A stretch of DNA of 64,000 bases from the NCBI GenBank assembly GCA_040390065.1, contig JAZJZE010000009.1, positions 160,001 through 224,000 on the forward strand, read 5' to 3'. The notes beneath the pieces are model-generated. The model was not told the origin of the DNA and searched no databases. It saw only the letters and a program-made list of their open reading frames with translations. The position numbers were made by a program, and so were the translations under genes. Below, piece after piece: positions 20,546 through 29,204 of this stretch. Positions within the stretch are counted from its first letter, which is position 1. Each line of letters starts with the position of its first letter. The stretch comes from a bacterium. Its GTDB lineage: Archaea; Thermoplasmatota; E2; JACPAO01; JAHFTW01.

Positions 20546-20614
20546 GCATCCGAGTCCGTCGCCCCGCACCACACGAAAGCCCTTTGACCGCGAGGCGGGC
20601 ATCGTCGCCTGGCC

Positions 20615-21937
20615 ATGCTGACCATCCAACACTGGCCCGGCTTGGTGGCGGGCGCCGCCCTCCTCATCCTCGCCGCCTGGGCGCTGATCCTGTCCCCGCG
20701 CAACCGCCTGCACCGCGGCTTCGCCCTCTTTGCCTTGACGCGGGCGCTCATGAGTGCGCTCGGCCGCTTCACTCAAGACAACACGCCGCTGCACCCCGAC
20801 CGGTTTGGGGAGATTGCCGCGGCGTTGTACCCGTACCTGCAGATTGCCGCCCCCTTTGCCTTGGCGAACTTTGCGGTCCTCTTTGTGGCCACCTATGGCC
20901 GCGTCCGTTCCGTCGCGTGGCGCCGGTCCTGGCGCACCGCCATCCTGGTCGCGTGCGTCCTCGTCGAGGCCTGGTACTTCGCCGACCACCGCGCCTACAT
21001 CCGCAGTGCGACGGAAGACGGGCCGCTCTACATCGCCCTGCCGTTGACCCTGGCCGTGTCGGCGTGGGTCGGCTGGCTGGTCGGACGCGGCGCCCTGCAC
21101 CCGACGAACGGCTGCGACCCCCACGCGTTCCTTCTCTTCTCTTTGGGGTTCGTTGCAGAGCCGCTCTATTACGCCATCGACTTCGACCCCGTGAACCTGG
21201 CCAGCGATGCCAGCAATTGGATGGAGTGGACTTGGGTCGCGCTTTTCTGGGCCACCATCGCGGCGGCCGCCATCCTGGTCGTGTCGGTGGTCGCGTTCCG
21301 CCGCCGGCACGGCCCGACGCCCGTGCCTCGCCACCTTTCCACGACGCTCCTCTTCCTCGGCCTGGTCTGCGTGACGGCGGCCGTGACCCTGATCTGGGGC
21401 AGGCAGGTGGTGGCGTCCGGCGAGAACTACACGTACTCGGCCGCCCGCACCACGCACCTGTTCCTCAATGCATTCTGGCTCCTCGTCCTCGTCGGCCTCG
21501 CCTCGTACGCCATCCTGCGCTACAAGATCCTCACCATCGACGTCCGCCTCAAGCAGATCCTGCGCGAGGGCACGACGGCGGCGGCGCTGACGGCGGTCTT
21601 CTTCATCGTTGAACAGGTCTTGCAACTCGCCGTGCAGTCGACGTTGCCGCCCTTCGGGTGGGCCGACCTCCTCGTCAACATCCTGGCTGGTGCCGCCGTC
21701 GCCCTCGGCCTCATGCCTGCTCACCGCCTCGCGGCGCGCCTTGCCAACCGGCTGCTTCCCACCGTCGACGACTCCCCCGACTACCGCCGGCAACGTGCGG
21801 CGAAGATCTACCGCGCAGCCTTCCAGCAGGCCCACCGGGACGGGTCGGTGACGCACCGCGAGCGCACGGCCCTGCAACGCCTAGCCGCGACCCTGAACAT
21901 CAGCGCCGCGCAGGCCGCCGGCTTGGAGAAGCCCTAG
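20615..21937 (+). CDS. Multi-TM sensor-like protein (7TM-HK-type N-terminus) with TerB-like C-terminal domain
   Basis: RLHRGFALF; YAILRYKILTID; C-terminus YRAAFQQAHRDGSVTHRERTALQRLAATLNIS. Confidence 0.75.
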   Translation: MLTIQHWPGLVAGAALLILAAWALILSPRNRLHRGFALFALTRALMSALGRFTQDNTPLHPDRFGEIAAALYPYLQIAAPFALANFAVLFVATYGRVRSVAWRRSWRTAILVACVLVEAWYFADHRAYIRSATEDGPLYIALPLTLAVSAWVGWLVGRGALHPTNGCDPHAFLLFSLGFVAEPLYYAIDFDPVNLASDASNWMEWTWVALFWATIAAAAILVVSVVAFRRRHGPTPVPRHLSTTLLFLGLVCVTAAVTLIWGRQVVASGENYTYSAARTTHLFLNAFWLLVLVGLASYAILRYKILTIDVRLKQILREGTTAAALTAVFFIVEQVLQLAVQSTLPPFGWADLLVNILAGAAVALGLMPAHRLAARLANRLLPTVDDSPDYRRQRAAKIYRAAFQQAHRDGSVTHRERTALQRLAATLNISAAQAAGLEKP

Positions 21938-21953
21938 TGGGTTCAGCGCCGAT

Positions 21954-22421
21954 TCAGAGGACCGAGCCGAGGACGACCTTGACGCCCGCGGTGGTCGCGG
22001 GGTGGTGCTGGCCCTTTGCCGTCCGGTGCACAGTGAGGACACCCACGAGTTCGAAGCGCTCGGGCGTCTCGCGCACGCGGAACTCCAAGGCGTGCTTGGG
22101 CCCGAACTTGGCCTGCGCCTCCTTGTTGGCGGCATCCCAGACGTCCTGCATCTTGCCGACCCACTTGTTGGCAAAGTCGTCCGACTCCTTCATGGCGGCG
22201 AGGACCTTGGCCCTGGCCGCCGGGGGCAGCTTGGCGCGCGCCGCCTTGTATGCCTTCGCGGCGGGCTCGGGGAGCGTCGACAAGAGCAGGTCCTGGACGC
22301 CCGCGGTCAGGGCGACGGAATCGATGCAGGGGTCGCCGGAACTGTAAGGGCAGACGCCCCCAAGGACTCCGGGCAGCTTCAATCCGGTGCGCGTGCGCTT
22401 TGGCGTCGTATCATCGGCCAT
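21954..22421 (-). CDS. Hypothetical soluble protein (155 aa) with CPYSSGDPC motif
   Basis: ATG 22421; GC3-rich codons. Confidence 0.65.
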   Translation of the reverse strand: MADDTTPKRTRTGLKLPGVLGGVCPYSSGDPCIDSVALTAGVQDLLLSTLPEPAAKAYKAARAKLPPAARAKVLAAMKESDDFANKWVGKMQDVWDAANKEAQAKFGPKHALEFRVRETPERFELVGVLTVHRTAKGQHHPATTAGVKVVLGSVL

Positions 22422-22521
22422 GCGGCGCACTCCGCGAAGGGCGCTATAACCGTAGGCTATGGCCTCCGCGCGCACACGAAAGCGCCTTATGCCGGGAAGC
22501 CAAGATGCCGGCCGGATTCCC

Positions 22522-23844
22522 ATGGACGTCGACGCAGCGTACATCCCCGACCTCGCCGCCGCCCTCGCGTTGACAGGCCTCGGGGCCTGGGTGGTTGCAA
22601 TCGACGTCAAGCGCCGCCTGCATCGCGCCTTCGGCTTGCTGATGTTCGTCTTGGCCTTTACCGTGCTGAATTTTGTCTTCGCGTTGCGCGGCAACCTGGC
22701 CCAGTCCCTGTTCGTCTACGGTTGCCTTGCGACGCCGTTTGCCCTGGCCAACTTCGCCCTCGTCTTCTGGCGTTCCTACGGCGAGCGCCGCCCCGGACCG
22801 CCGGCCCCTTGGTGGCGATTGGCGCGTTGGATGCTACTGGCGGGTGCACTCGCGGTGGGCGGCCTGTACGCGCAGGACGCCACCTTGTGGGATGGCTGGC
22901 TCGGCGTGTTCATCGTGATTGGCCCGGCCACCGGCGCCGCCGTGGCTTTCGGCGTCGGCTGGCATTACCTGCGCATGCCGTCGGGCCAGAAACGCGACGC
23001 CCTCTTCCTCTTCGCCCTCGGATTCATCCTCGACCCGGCCTTCTACGTGGGGAGCCGGATTGCCGGCTGGTCGTGGACTGCGGACGCAGCCCAGACCACA
23101 GCCATCAGCATCGCCGCCCTCGCGGTGCTGCTCGTCCTGGTGCTTGCCGTCCTGTTTGCATACGGGGCGCGCAAGTCGGACCGCCACGCCCGCCGACAGG
23201 CATGGGCCCTCGGCGTCCTTTCGCTCACAGCCATCCTCACCGGGGTCGCCGTCGCCCTCATCCCGGCACACAGCCACGGGGCCTTCACCACGAGGCTGCA
23301 TGCGGTCCTCCTGCACACGATCGGCAGCGCTTGGCGCCTGACGTTTGCCGCGCTCGCTGCCTACTCCATCATCCGGTACTGCCTGTTCACCCTCAACCCG
23401 CGCTTCCGCCGCCTCGTGCGCGAGACCGGAATGGCCGCAGCGCTTGGCGCGACCCTGTTCATCTCGGAGCAGTTGCTGCAGCAGTTCGTGCAGGACAAGA
23501 TCCCGACGGCCACCATCGGCGGCGGACCTGCGTGGATCCTGGCGTGGCTCGGGGCGGCCGGAGCCGTCGCCATGGTCTTCTTCCCGGTCCACAAGGCCTG
23601 CAGCCGGCTGGCGTTGCGTGCCGCCCCGGCGGGACGAAGCCGCGAAGACCACGAGCGCCACTGTGTCGAGATTTACCGCGCAGCCCTCAACGCCGCGCGT
23701 CAGGACGGCTTCATCTCACCGCAGGAGCGTTCGGCGCTGCATCGCCTCGCAGATAACCTAGGGCTCGCGCCGAAGCAGGTGCAGGTCATCGAATCCGCAT
23801 CCGGCCCAGACGAGGAGCCCATGCGCCTGCCCACGATGGCGTAG
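22522..23844 (+). CDS. Paralogue of 20615-21937 (multi-TM plus TerB-like tail)
   Basis: RLHRAFGLL; YSIIRYCLFTLN; YRAALNAARQDGFISPQERSALHRLADNLGL. Confidence 0.75.
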   Translation: MDVDAAYIPDLAAALALTGLGAWVVAIDVKRRLHRAFGLLMFVLAFTVLNFVFALRGNLAQSLFVYGCLATPFALANFALVFWRSYGERRPGPPAPWWRLARWMLLAGALAVGGLYAQDATLWDGWLGVFIVIGPATGAAVAFGVGWHYLRMPSGQKRDALFLFALGFILDPAFYVGSRIAGWSWTADAAQTTAISIAALAVLLVLVLAVLFAYGARKSDRHARRQAWALGVLSLTAILTGVAVALIPAHSHGAFTTRLHAVLLHTIGSAWRLTFAALAAYSIIRYCLFTLNPRFRRLVRETGMAAALGATLFISEQLLQQFVQDKIPTATIGGGPAWILAWLGAAGAVAMVFFPVHKACSRLALRAAPAGRSREDHERHCVEIYRAALNAARQDGFISPQERSALHRLADNLGLAPKQVQVIESASGPDEEPMRLPTMA

Positions 23845-23850
23845 GTCGCA

Positions 23851-24219
23851 CTACAGTTGGATGTCGACGCCGAGGACGGGTGTCGGCGCCGGGGCGCTGG
23901 CGGGGCGCATGCCGTTGTGGCAGACGTAGAGCACGAGCTTGCGCCGGTCGGCGGCCGTTCCAACGTCGGCGACGCCGGCCGCGGTGATGCCGATGTGGTA
24001 GGGTCCGCCCGCGTAGTTGGCCAACTTGAGGGCGAGGCTGGCGTTGCCTGGGTCCAAGGCGGCCTGGAGCGCCACTGTCGTGTCGTGCAGGATCTTGATG
24101 ACCGCGGCCTGCATCGCGGCGTCGGCGGGGTTCGACGCCTTGGGCGTCTTTTGCAGGTGGGGCAGACCCTTCACCGTGCGTGCGGTGTCCGGTTTGGCCC
24201 AGGCGCTGAGCTTGGCCAC
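23851..24219 (-). CDS. Hypothetical protein (122 aa)
   Basis: GTG start one base after the TAA of the upstream ORF; GC3-rich codons. Confidence 0.6.
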   Translation of the reverse strand: MAKLSAWAKPDTARTVKGLPHLQKTPKASNPADAAMQAAVIKILHDTTVALQAALDPGNASLALKLANYAGGPYHIGITAAGVADVGTAADRRKLVLYVCHNGMRPASAPAPTPVLGVDIQL

Positions 24220-24220
24220 G

Positions 24221-24436
24221 TTACGGCCCCCAGGAGTCGGAGAAGCCGTCGAAGCAGGGCTTGTCACCGGCTTGGCAGTCGGACCGGCCGGGGATGATGG
24301 AGTCCGCGTCGGGCAGCATCCACACCATCTGGTTCATCTGGTTGCAAAGCGGCTGCAGGTGGGCGTAGATCTGGTCGGCCACCGGCGTCGGAAATCGTTT
24401 GTAGAATGGGTCGTTTCGGTCGCAAATGTTGACCAC
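24221..24436 (-). CDS. Small Cys-containing protein (about 71 aa)
   Basis: MVNICDRND...DCQAGDKPCFDGFSDSWGP; translationally coupled to the next ORF. Confidence 0.55.
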   Translation of the reverse strand: MVNICDRNDPFYKRFPTPVADQIYAHLQPLCNQMNQMVWMLPDADSIIPGRSDCQAGDKPCFDGFSDSWGP

Positions 24437-24548
24437 GCAAGCACCGCGCGGCAATTCTAGCCCCCGGGTTTAATGATTTGCCAGGCGGGACCGGGCCAGG
24501 GCCGGATGAGACCGGGCCGCTTTTCTTCCGGGTCTCGGTGGAGCGCCC

Positions 24549-25337
24549 ATGCACCCCCTTCGAGCCTTGGCCCCTCTCCTGGCCATCCTCCTCGCCCCAG
24601 CGGCCTCCGCCGCATTCGTCTCCGAGGTCGCCGGCGGCGACACCGACAACGGCATCGCACTCGTCCTCCAGCACGCCGCCTTCACCTTCATCGACGGCAA
24701 CGCCAATGGCCACTTGGACTCGGCCGCGCCCCGCGAACCCATCTACTTGGACCTGGACGCGTCGGGGACCGTCACGTACGGCGACGAACGGCTGACGCCC
24801 TTTGGCCACTACGCAGGCCACACGCAGGTGGACCTGACGGACGCGGACGCAGGCCGTGCGCTTGCGGCGGCGCCGGGCTGGTTCGCGCGCAGCAATGCCG
24901 GCTGGGTCGCGGACCTCGACAATTCCGGGACCCTCACGGCGGGCGACCTGCGCCTCGGCGCCGATGGCGCCACACCAATTGCCACAGCGCAGGCCACGGG
25001 CGAAATTCTGCGCGTGCAGGGCACGCCGGGAACGCTCTTCCACATGGGGCAAGGCGCGTCGCTCTACCTGGACACCGACTCTTGGACCGCGGGCGGCGGC
25101 CAGGTCAGCCCCGGGGACGTGCGCATCATTGCGGGCCCGTTTGCGACTGAACCCGTGGCGCCGCAGCCACCGGCCTCGCCCGTCCCGGCGCAGGATAGCA
25201 CGCCCGCAGCAACGGCGCATCAAGCGGCCGATTCGTGGCGCTCCCTCGACTGGGTCCTCGTCGGCCTCGCCGTCGCGAACCTGGCGGGGCTTGCCATGCT
25301 AGCCAAGGCGCAACGGCCCAAGAACCCGTTCAAGTGA
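24549..25337 (+). CDS. Secreted membrane-anchored protein with DxDxxG..GDxRL (Ca-binding-like) repeats
   Basis: Signal peptide; DLDASGTVTYGDERL, DLDNSGTLTAGDLRL and SPGDVRI; C-terminal TM helix. Confidence 0.75.
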   Translation: MHPLRALAPLLAILLAPAASAAFVSEVAGGDTDNGIALVLQHAAFTFIDGNANGHLDSAAPREPIYLDLDASGTVTYGDERLTPFGHYAGHTQVDLTDADAGRALAAAPGWFARSNAGWVADLDNSGTLTAGDLRLGADGATPIATAQATGEILRVQGTPGTLFHMGQGASLYLDTDSWTAGGGQVSPGDVRIIAGPFATEPVAPQPPASPVPAQDSTPAATAHQAADSWRSLDWVLVGLAVANLAGLAMLAKAQRPKNPFK

Positions 25338-25339
25338 AA

Positions 25340-25389
25340 TGGGGAAGATGGGAGTTGAACCCACGACCTGGGCATGATGAGTGCCCCGC
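25340..25389 (-). repeat. Duplicated 3' 50 nt of tRNA-CAT
   Basis: Matches 25543-25592 except for one base in the anticodon loop. Confidence 0.9.
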
Positions 25390-25393
25390 GAAT

Positions 25394-25500
25394 CTGCAAA
25401 CAGGTCGATCATTTCCGTCGTGCGGCGCTCGCTTCGCTCGACCGCGACCTGCAAACAGGTCGATCATTTCCGTCGTGCGGCGCTCGCTCCGCTCGGCCGC
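25394..25500. repeat. Tandem repeat, two units with 55-bp period
   Basis: ctgcaaacaggtcgatcatttccgtcgtgcggcgctcgctYcgctcgRccgc at 25394 and 25449. Confidence 0.9.
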
Positions 25501-25542
25501 ACATAGGCGCTCGACACTTCCGTCGTCGACCAGGGAATGCAG

Positions 25543-25616
25543 TGGGGAAGATGGGAGTTGAACCCACGACCTGGGCATTATGAGTGCCCCGCCCTAACCA
25601 GCTAGGCCACTTCCCC
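25543..25616 (-). tRNA. tRNA with CAT anticodon (elongator Met or Ile2)
   Basis: Cloverleaf; anticodon arm GGGCA-CTCATAA-TGCCC; GGTTCAAC T-loop; CCA not encoded. Confidence 0.9.
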
Positions 25617-25688
25617 GGAGACGGACGCGCAGCGTCCGGCGGACGCCCGATGCGCCAGGGGCGCGAGGGTTCGCGTGAACTGCGCGAG

Positions 25689-25761
25689 TGGAGCGGAGGG
25701 GATTCGAACCCCTGGCCTCGTCCATGCCAAGGACGCGATCTTCCAACTGATCTACCGCCCC
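25689..25761 (-). tRNA. tRNA-Ala(GGC)
   Basis: Anticodon arm CGTCC-TTGGCAT-GGACG; G3:U70 pair; GGTTCGAATCC. Confidence 0.95.
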
Positions 25762-25857
25762 GTATTGCGACGGGTTTTTTTGGGTCGGCGCGCCTCTTAC
25801 GGCATGCCGGGCGAGCGGCCCAAAGTGGGTTGGTATAAGAGGCCGCCGACAGCCGCA

Positions 25858-26325
25858 CTAGCGTTTTCTCCCCAGGCGCCGGCGTTTGGCGGGCTCCGGA
25901 ACAACGACCGCGGGTTCGACATCGCCGGGCACGACTTGCCACTTCGTGCCGTAGTAGATGACGCCAGAGTCACCGTCGGCACCGAGGCGGCGGAAGACCG
26001 ACTTGACGGCGGCACCGGCCCGTACGGCGTCGGCGGGGGAGTCGACGACTTGCCCGGTCACGAGGGGGCCCTCCTCCGTCTGCACGAGGGCCAAGGCGTA
26101 GGGGACCTGGAACTCGTAGCCGGGCGCCGGGCGGTGCACGCGCGTCCATTCGAGGATGCGGCCGCGGCCGGACAGTTTCACCGCCGTCATCTTCCCAATG
26201 GACGCCCGGCGGCATTTGGGGCATACCGTGCGCGCGGGGAAGTGGATGGTCGCGCAGTTGCCGCACTTGCTGGCCTCGAGATTGTAGCGCTCCGGAATCT
26301 CGCGCCAGAACCGGGGCACGCTCAT
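25858..26325 (-). CDS. DUF35-family Zn-ribbon/OB-fold scaffold of the thiolase-HMGCS complex
   Basis: CGNC...CPKC, OB-fold, ending FRRL...GVIYYG.K; in operon with thiolase. Confidence 0.9.
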   Translation of the reverse strand: MSVPRFWREIPERYNLEASKCGNCATIHFPARTVCPKCRRASIGKMTAVKLSGRGRILEWTRVHRPAPGYEFQVPYALALVQTEEGPLVTGQVVDSPADAVRAGAAVKSVFRRLGADGDSGVIYYGTKWQVVPGDVEPAVVVPEPAKRRRLGRKR

Positions 26326-27533
26326 CGCGGCGCCTCCAAGACGTGGACGACCGCGGTTGCGCCGGTGCCGCCGACGTTGTGCGTGAGCGCAATGCGCGCG
26401 TCCTTCACTTGGCGGGCCTCCGCCTTGCCGCGCAATTGCCATGTCGCTTCGCAGACCTGGGCGATTCCGGTAGCACCGGCGGGGTGGCCGCGGGCCTTGA
26501 GGCCGCCCGACGGGTTGACGACGGGCAGGTCGCCGCCGAAGGTCGTGCGGCCGTCCTGGACCGCAGCGCCACCGTCGCCCTTGCGCACGAAGCCCAAGTC
26601 CTCGATGGCCAAGATCTCGGCGATGGTGTAGCCGTCGGAGACTTCGGCGAGTTGGATGTCGCCAGCGGAGACGCCGGCTTCGGTGTACGCGCGACGAGCG
26701 GCCTGTTCGGTGGCCCGCATGGCGGTGATGGTGGGACGGGAATGCAGGGCAAGGGAATCACTGGCTTGCCCCGAGCCCGCGACGAGGATTGGGTCCTTGC
26801 GGTACGAACTTGCGACGGCGCCGCTTGCGAGGACGACGCAGGCCGCCCCGTCGGAGATGGGGGCGCAGTCGAACATCGTGAGGGGCTCGGCGACGAACGG
26901 CGCCTTCAGCACAGTGGCGAGGTCGATGGGCTTGCGGAATTGCGCCAGCGGATTCTTCGAGCCGTGCAGGTGGTTCTTGACGGCGACTTGGGCGATCTGC
27001 TCGCGCGTCGTGCCGAATTCGTGCATGTGGCGTTTGGCCATGAGGGCATGCAGGGCCGCGTCGGTCGCGCCGAAGAAGTGCTCCCATTCCTGGTCGATGC
27101 CTGCGGATGCGATGGCCTGCGCGTCCGCGTCGGACACGTCGGTCATCTTCTCGATGCCGCCCACGACGACGATGTCGGCCGAGCCGCTGCGGATGAGCTG
27201 GACGGCCTGGCGGAAGGCGACCGCGCCCGAGGCTCCCGCAGCTTCCACGCGAGTGGCGGGGATATGCTGGTCGGCAAGACCGGCCCCGTCCAACAGCAAT
27301 GGAGCCACGTGTTCCTGGCCGACGAGTTTGCCAGTGCTCATGGTGCCGACGAAAACGGCGTCGATGGCGTCGCCTTGGACGCCCGCGTCCTGGATGGCGG
27401 CGAGGCCGGCTTCCGTCATGAGGTCACGGTAGGATTTTTCCCACTGTTCGCCGAACCGCGTCTGGCCGGCACCGATGACGAAGGCGTCCGGGCGTTCTTG
27501 CTTGCGTTTGGCGGGCGGCGTGCGGGGGCTCAT
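26322..27533 (-). CDS. Acetoacetyl-CoA thiolase (archaeal type)
   Basis: GIEKMTD, KNHLHG..NP.AQF, NPSGGLKARGHP.GATG and HNVGGTG motifs. Confidence 0.92.
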   Translation of the reverse strand: MSPRTPPAKRKQERPDAFVIGAGQTRFGEQWEKSYRDLMTEAGLAAIQDAGVQGDAIDAVFVGTMSTGKLVGQEHVAPLLLDGAGLADQHIPATRVEAAGASGAVAFRQAVQLIRSGSADIVVVGGIEKMTDVSDADAQAIASAGIDQEWEHFFGATDAALHALMAKRHMHEFGTTREQIAQVAVKNHLHGSKNPLAQFRKPIDLATVLKAPFVAEPLTMFDCAPISDGAACVVLASGAVASSYRKDPILVAGSGQASDSLALHSRPTITAMRATEQAARRAYTEAGVSAGDIQLAEVSDGYTIAEILAIEDLGFVRKGDGGAAVQDGRTTFGGDLPVVNPSGGLKARGHPAGATGIAQVCEATWQLRGKAEARQVKDARIALTHNVGGTGATAVVHVLEAPR

Positions 27534-28588
27534 TCCGTCGACCCCATGACGAGCTTGCCGCGGAACTTGGCGTAGGTGGCGTAGTCGATGCGCGTCGTCG
27601 ATGCGAGCCTGGCCTCGAGGCTGTCCTCTTCGGTGCGCGAGTAGGCGTCGATGTTGCGGGTGACGGTCATGCTGAAGGCGTCAGAGCCGGCGCCCGAGCC
27701 GTAGCCGCAGACGAAGATCGTGTCGCCGGCGGCGGCTTGGTCGAGGATATTGCACAGCCCCAGCAGGACCGCGGCGGAGTACGTGTTGCCGATGCGTGGC
27801 GCGAGCAGGCCCGCTTCCGTTTGCTCCGGCGTGAAGCCCAACTTCTGGGCGGCCGCGGTCGGGAACTTCCCGTTGGGCTGGTGGAAGACGGCGTGCGTGT
27901 AGTCCTTCGCGAGCGTGTCCGTATCTGCAAACAGGCGTTCGGCGCACATGCGGACGTGCCGGAAGTACGCGGGCTCGCCGGTGAACCGTTCGCCGTGGCT
28001 GGGATACTTCTGTCCCTCGCGGCGCCAGAAATCCGGCGTGTCGGACGTGAAGGAGACGGTGTGCTCGATGTCGGCAAGGATGTGTTTCTTGTCGCCGCCC
28101 AGGAGCATCGCGGCGGCCCCCGCAGAGGCAGAATACTCGAGTGCGTTGCGTGGAGCCCCTTGACTCGTGTCGGCCCCGATTGCGAGCACGGTCTTGCACA
28201 TCCCGGAGGCGACGAGGCCCATGCCGGACTGGATTGCGGCCGTGCCGGCCTTGCAGGCGAACTCGTAGTCGGCCATCGTCATGTACGGGTTCGCGTCGAG
28301 CGCGGCCTGCACGATGGTCCCGGTGGGCTTGACGGCGTACGGATGCGATTCGCTTCCCACGTAGAGGGCACCGATGTCGGCCGGCGTCGTCGGGGCGCGG
28401 CGCATGGCTTGCCGGGCGGCTTCGACGCTCATCGTGGCGACGTCCTCGTCGATCGCTGGCACCGACTTCTCGAGGACGTTCAGGGACTTGCCGACGTTGG
28501 CGTCGTCGCCCCAGACGCGGGCGATCTCCTCCGCCTGGATGCGGTAGCGCGGCACGTACGCGCCGTAACTGGTGATGCCCACGGGCAT
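27530..28588 (-). CDS. mvaS: Hydroxymethylglutaryl-CoA synthase
   Basis: GSESHPYAVKP, EFACKAGT, FHQPNGKFP, IGNTYS and YGSGAGSD motifs. Confidence 0.95.
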   Translation of the reverse strand: MPVGITSYGAYVPRYRIQAEEIARVWGDDANVGKSLNVLEKSVPAIDEDVATMSVEAARQAMRRAPTTPADIGALYVGSESHPYAVKPTGTIVQAALDANPYMTMADYEFACKAGTAAIQSGMGLVASGMCKTVLAIGADTSQGAPRNALEYSASAGAAAMLLGGDKKHILADIEHTVSFTSDTPDFWRREGQKYPSHGERFTGEPAYFRHVRMCAERLFADTDTLAKDYTHAVFHQPNGKFPTAAAQKLGFTPEQTEAGLLAPRIGNTYSAAVLLGLCNILDQAAAGDTIFVCGYGSGAGSDAFSMTVTRNIDAYSRTEEDSLEARLASTTRIDYATYAKFRGKLVMGSTE

Positions 28589-28678
28589 GGCGAACGTTCG
28601 ACCAGGAGGGCCGTCATAAGCGTGCCGAGGGAACTGTCGGCATTTGACGAGGGCGCGAGAAAGCCTGCTTCCCCCAGG

Positions 28679-29165
28679 CCAACGGGCGATTCCTCCTTTG
28701 CTCCGACGGCGGCGGAACACAGATTGCGACGAATCCGTCATGACACGCGCGTAGGCCCCCGGCCGGGGCGAGCTGGTATTGCAAGCGCCTCGGCGCGAGC
28801 ATGCCAGGGGTCGCGGGGGCCGGCAGGCCCCCCGGCGGGGGGAAACGGGCGGGGGGCGGCAGCCCTCCGCCGCGATGTCGCGAGGCGAAGCCGAGGCAGG
28901 ACATCGCAAATGATCGACCTGTTTTCAGGTCGCGCGAGGGCCACCGCGGGCCTGAAAGACCCGGAGGCCGCGGAAAAAACCGGAAAGCGACCTTTCCAGT
29001 CCTCGGCGACTTCGCTGTCTTTCAGGCATCGGCGGCCTGGGAGAACCGGAGACGACGGGAGAACAGGAACTCATTCCCGTTCTCTCCACTGGATTCCTGT
29101 TCTCCCAGGCCTCCCACACCCAGCCACGCGGCCACCCAACCTGCGCCGCCGCCATCGCAGGTTGA
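28679..29165 (+). repeat. Modular structured intergenic element, copy A
   Basis: Five anchor motifs shared in order with 31660-32095 and (inverted) 57700-58155; nested hairpins. Confidence 0.8.
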
Positions 29166-29204
29166 CGTGGCCGGCCATCGGACTTGTGTCGCGTGGCCGA
29201 TGCG

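Noticed and set aside
25394-25500. Possible CRISPR mini-array
   Set aside because: The units are adjacent tandem copies with no unique spacers, and no cas genes are present
25858-28588. HMGCS-thiolase-DUF35 operon as a novel system
   Set aside because: This is the well-established archaeal mevalonate entry complex
28589-29204. ORFs spanning the modular repeat, including an HMGCS N-terminal extension to 28909
   Set aside because: Translations of repeat DNA; the HMGCS homology begins at MPVGITSYG (28588)
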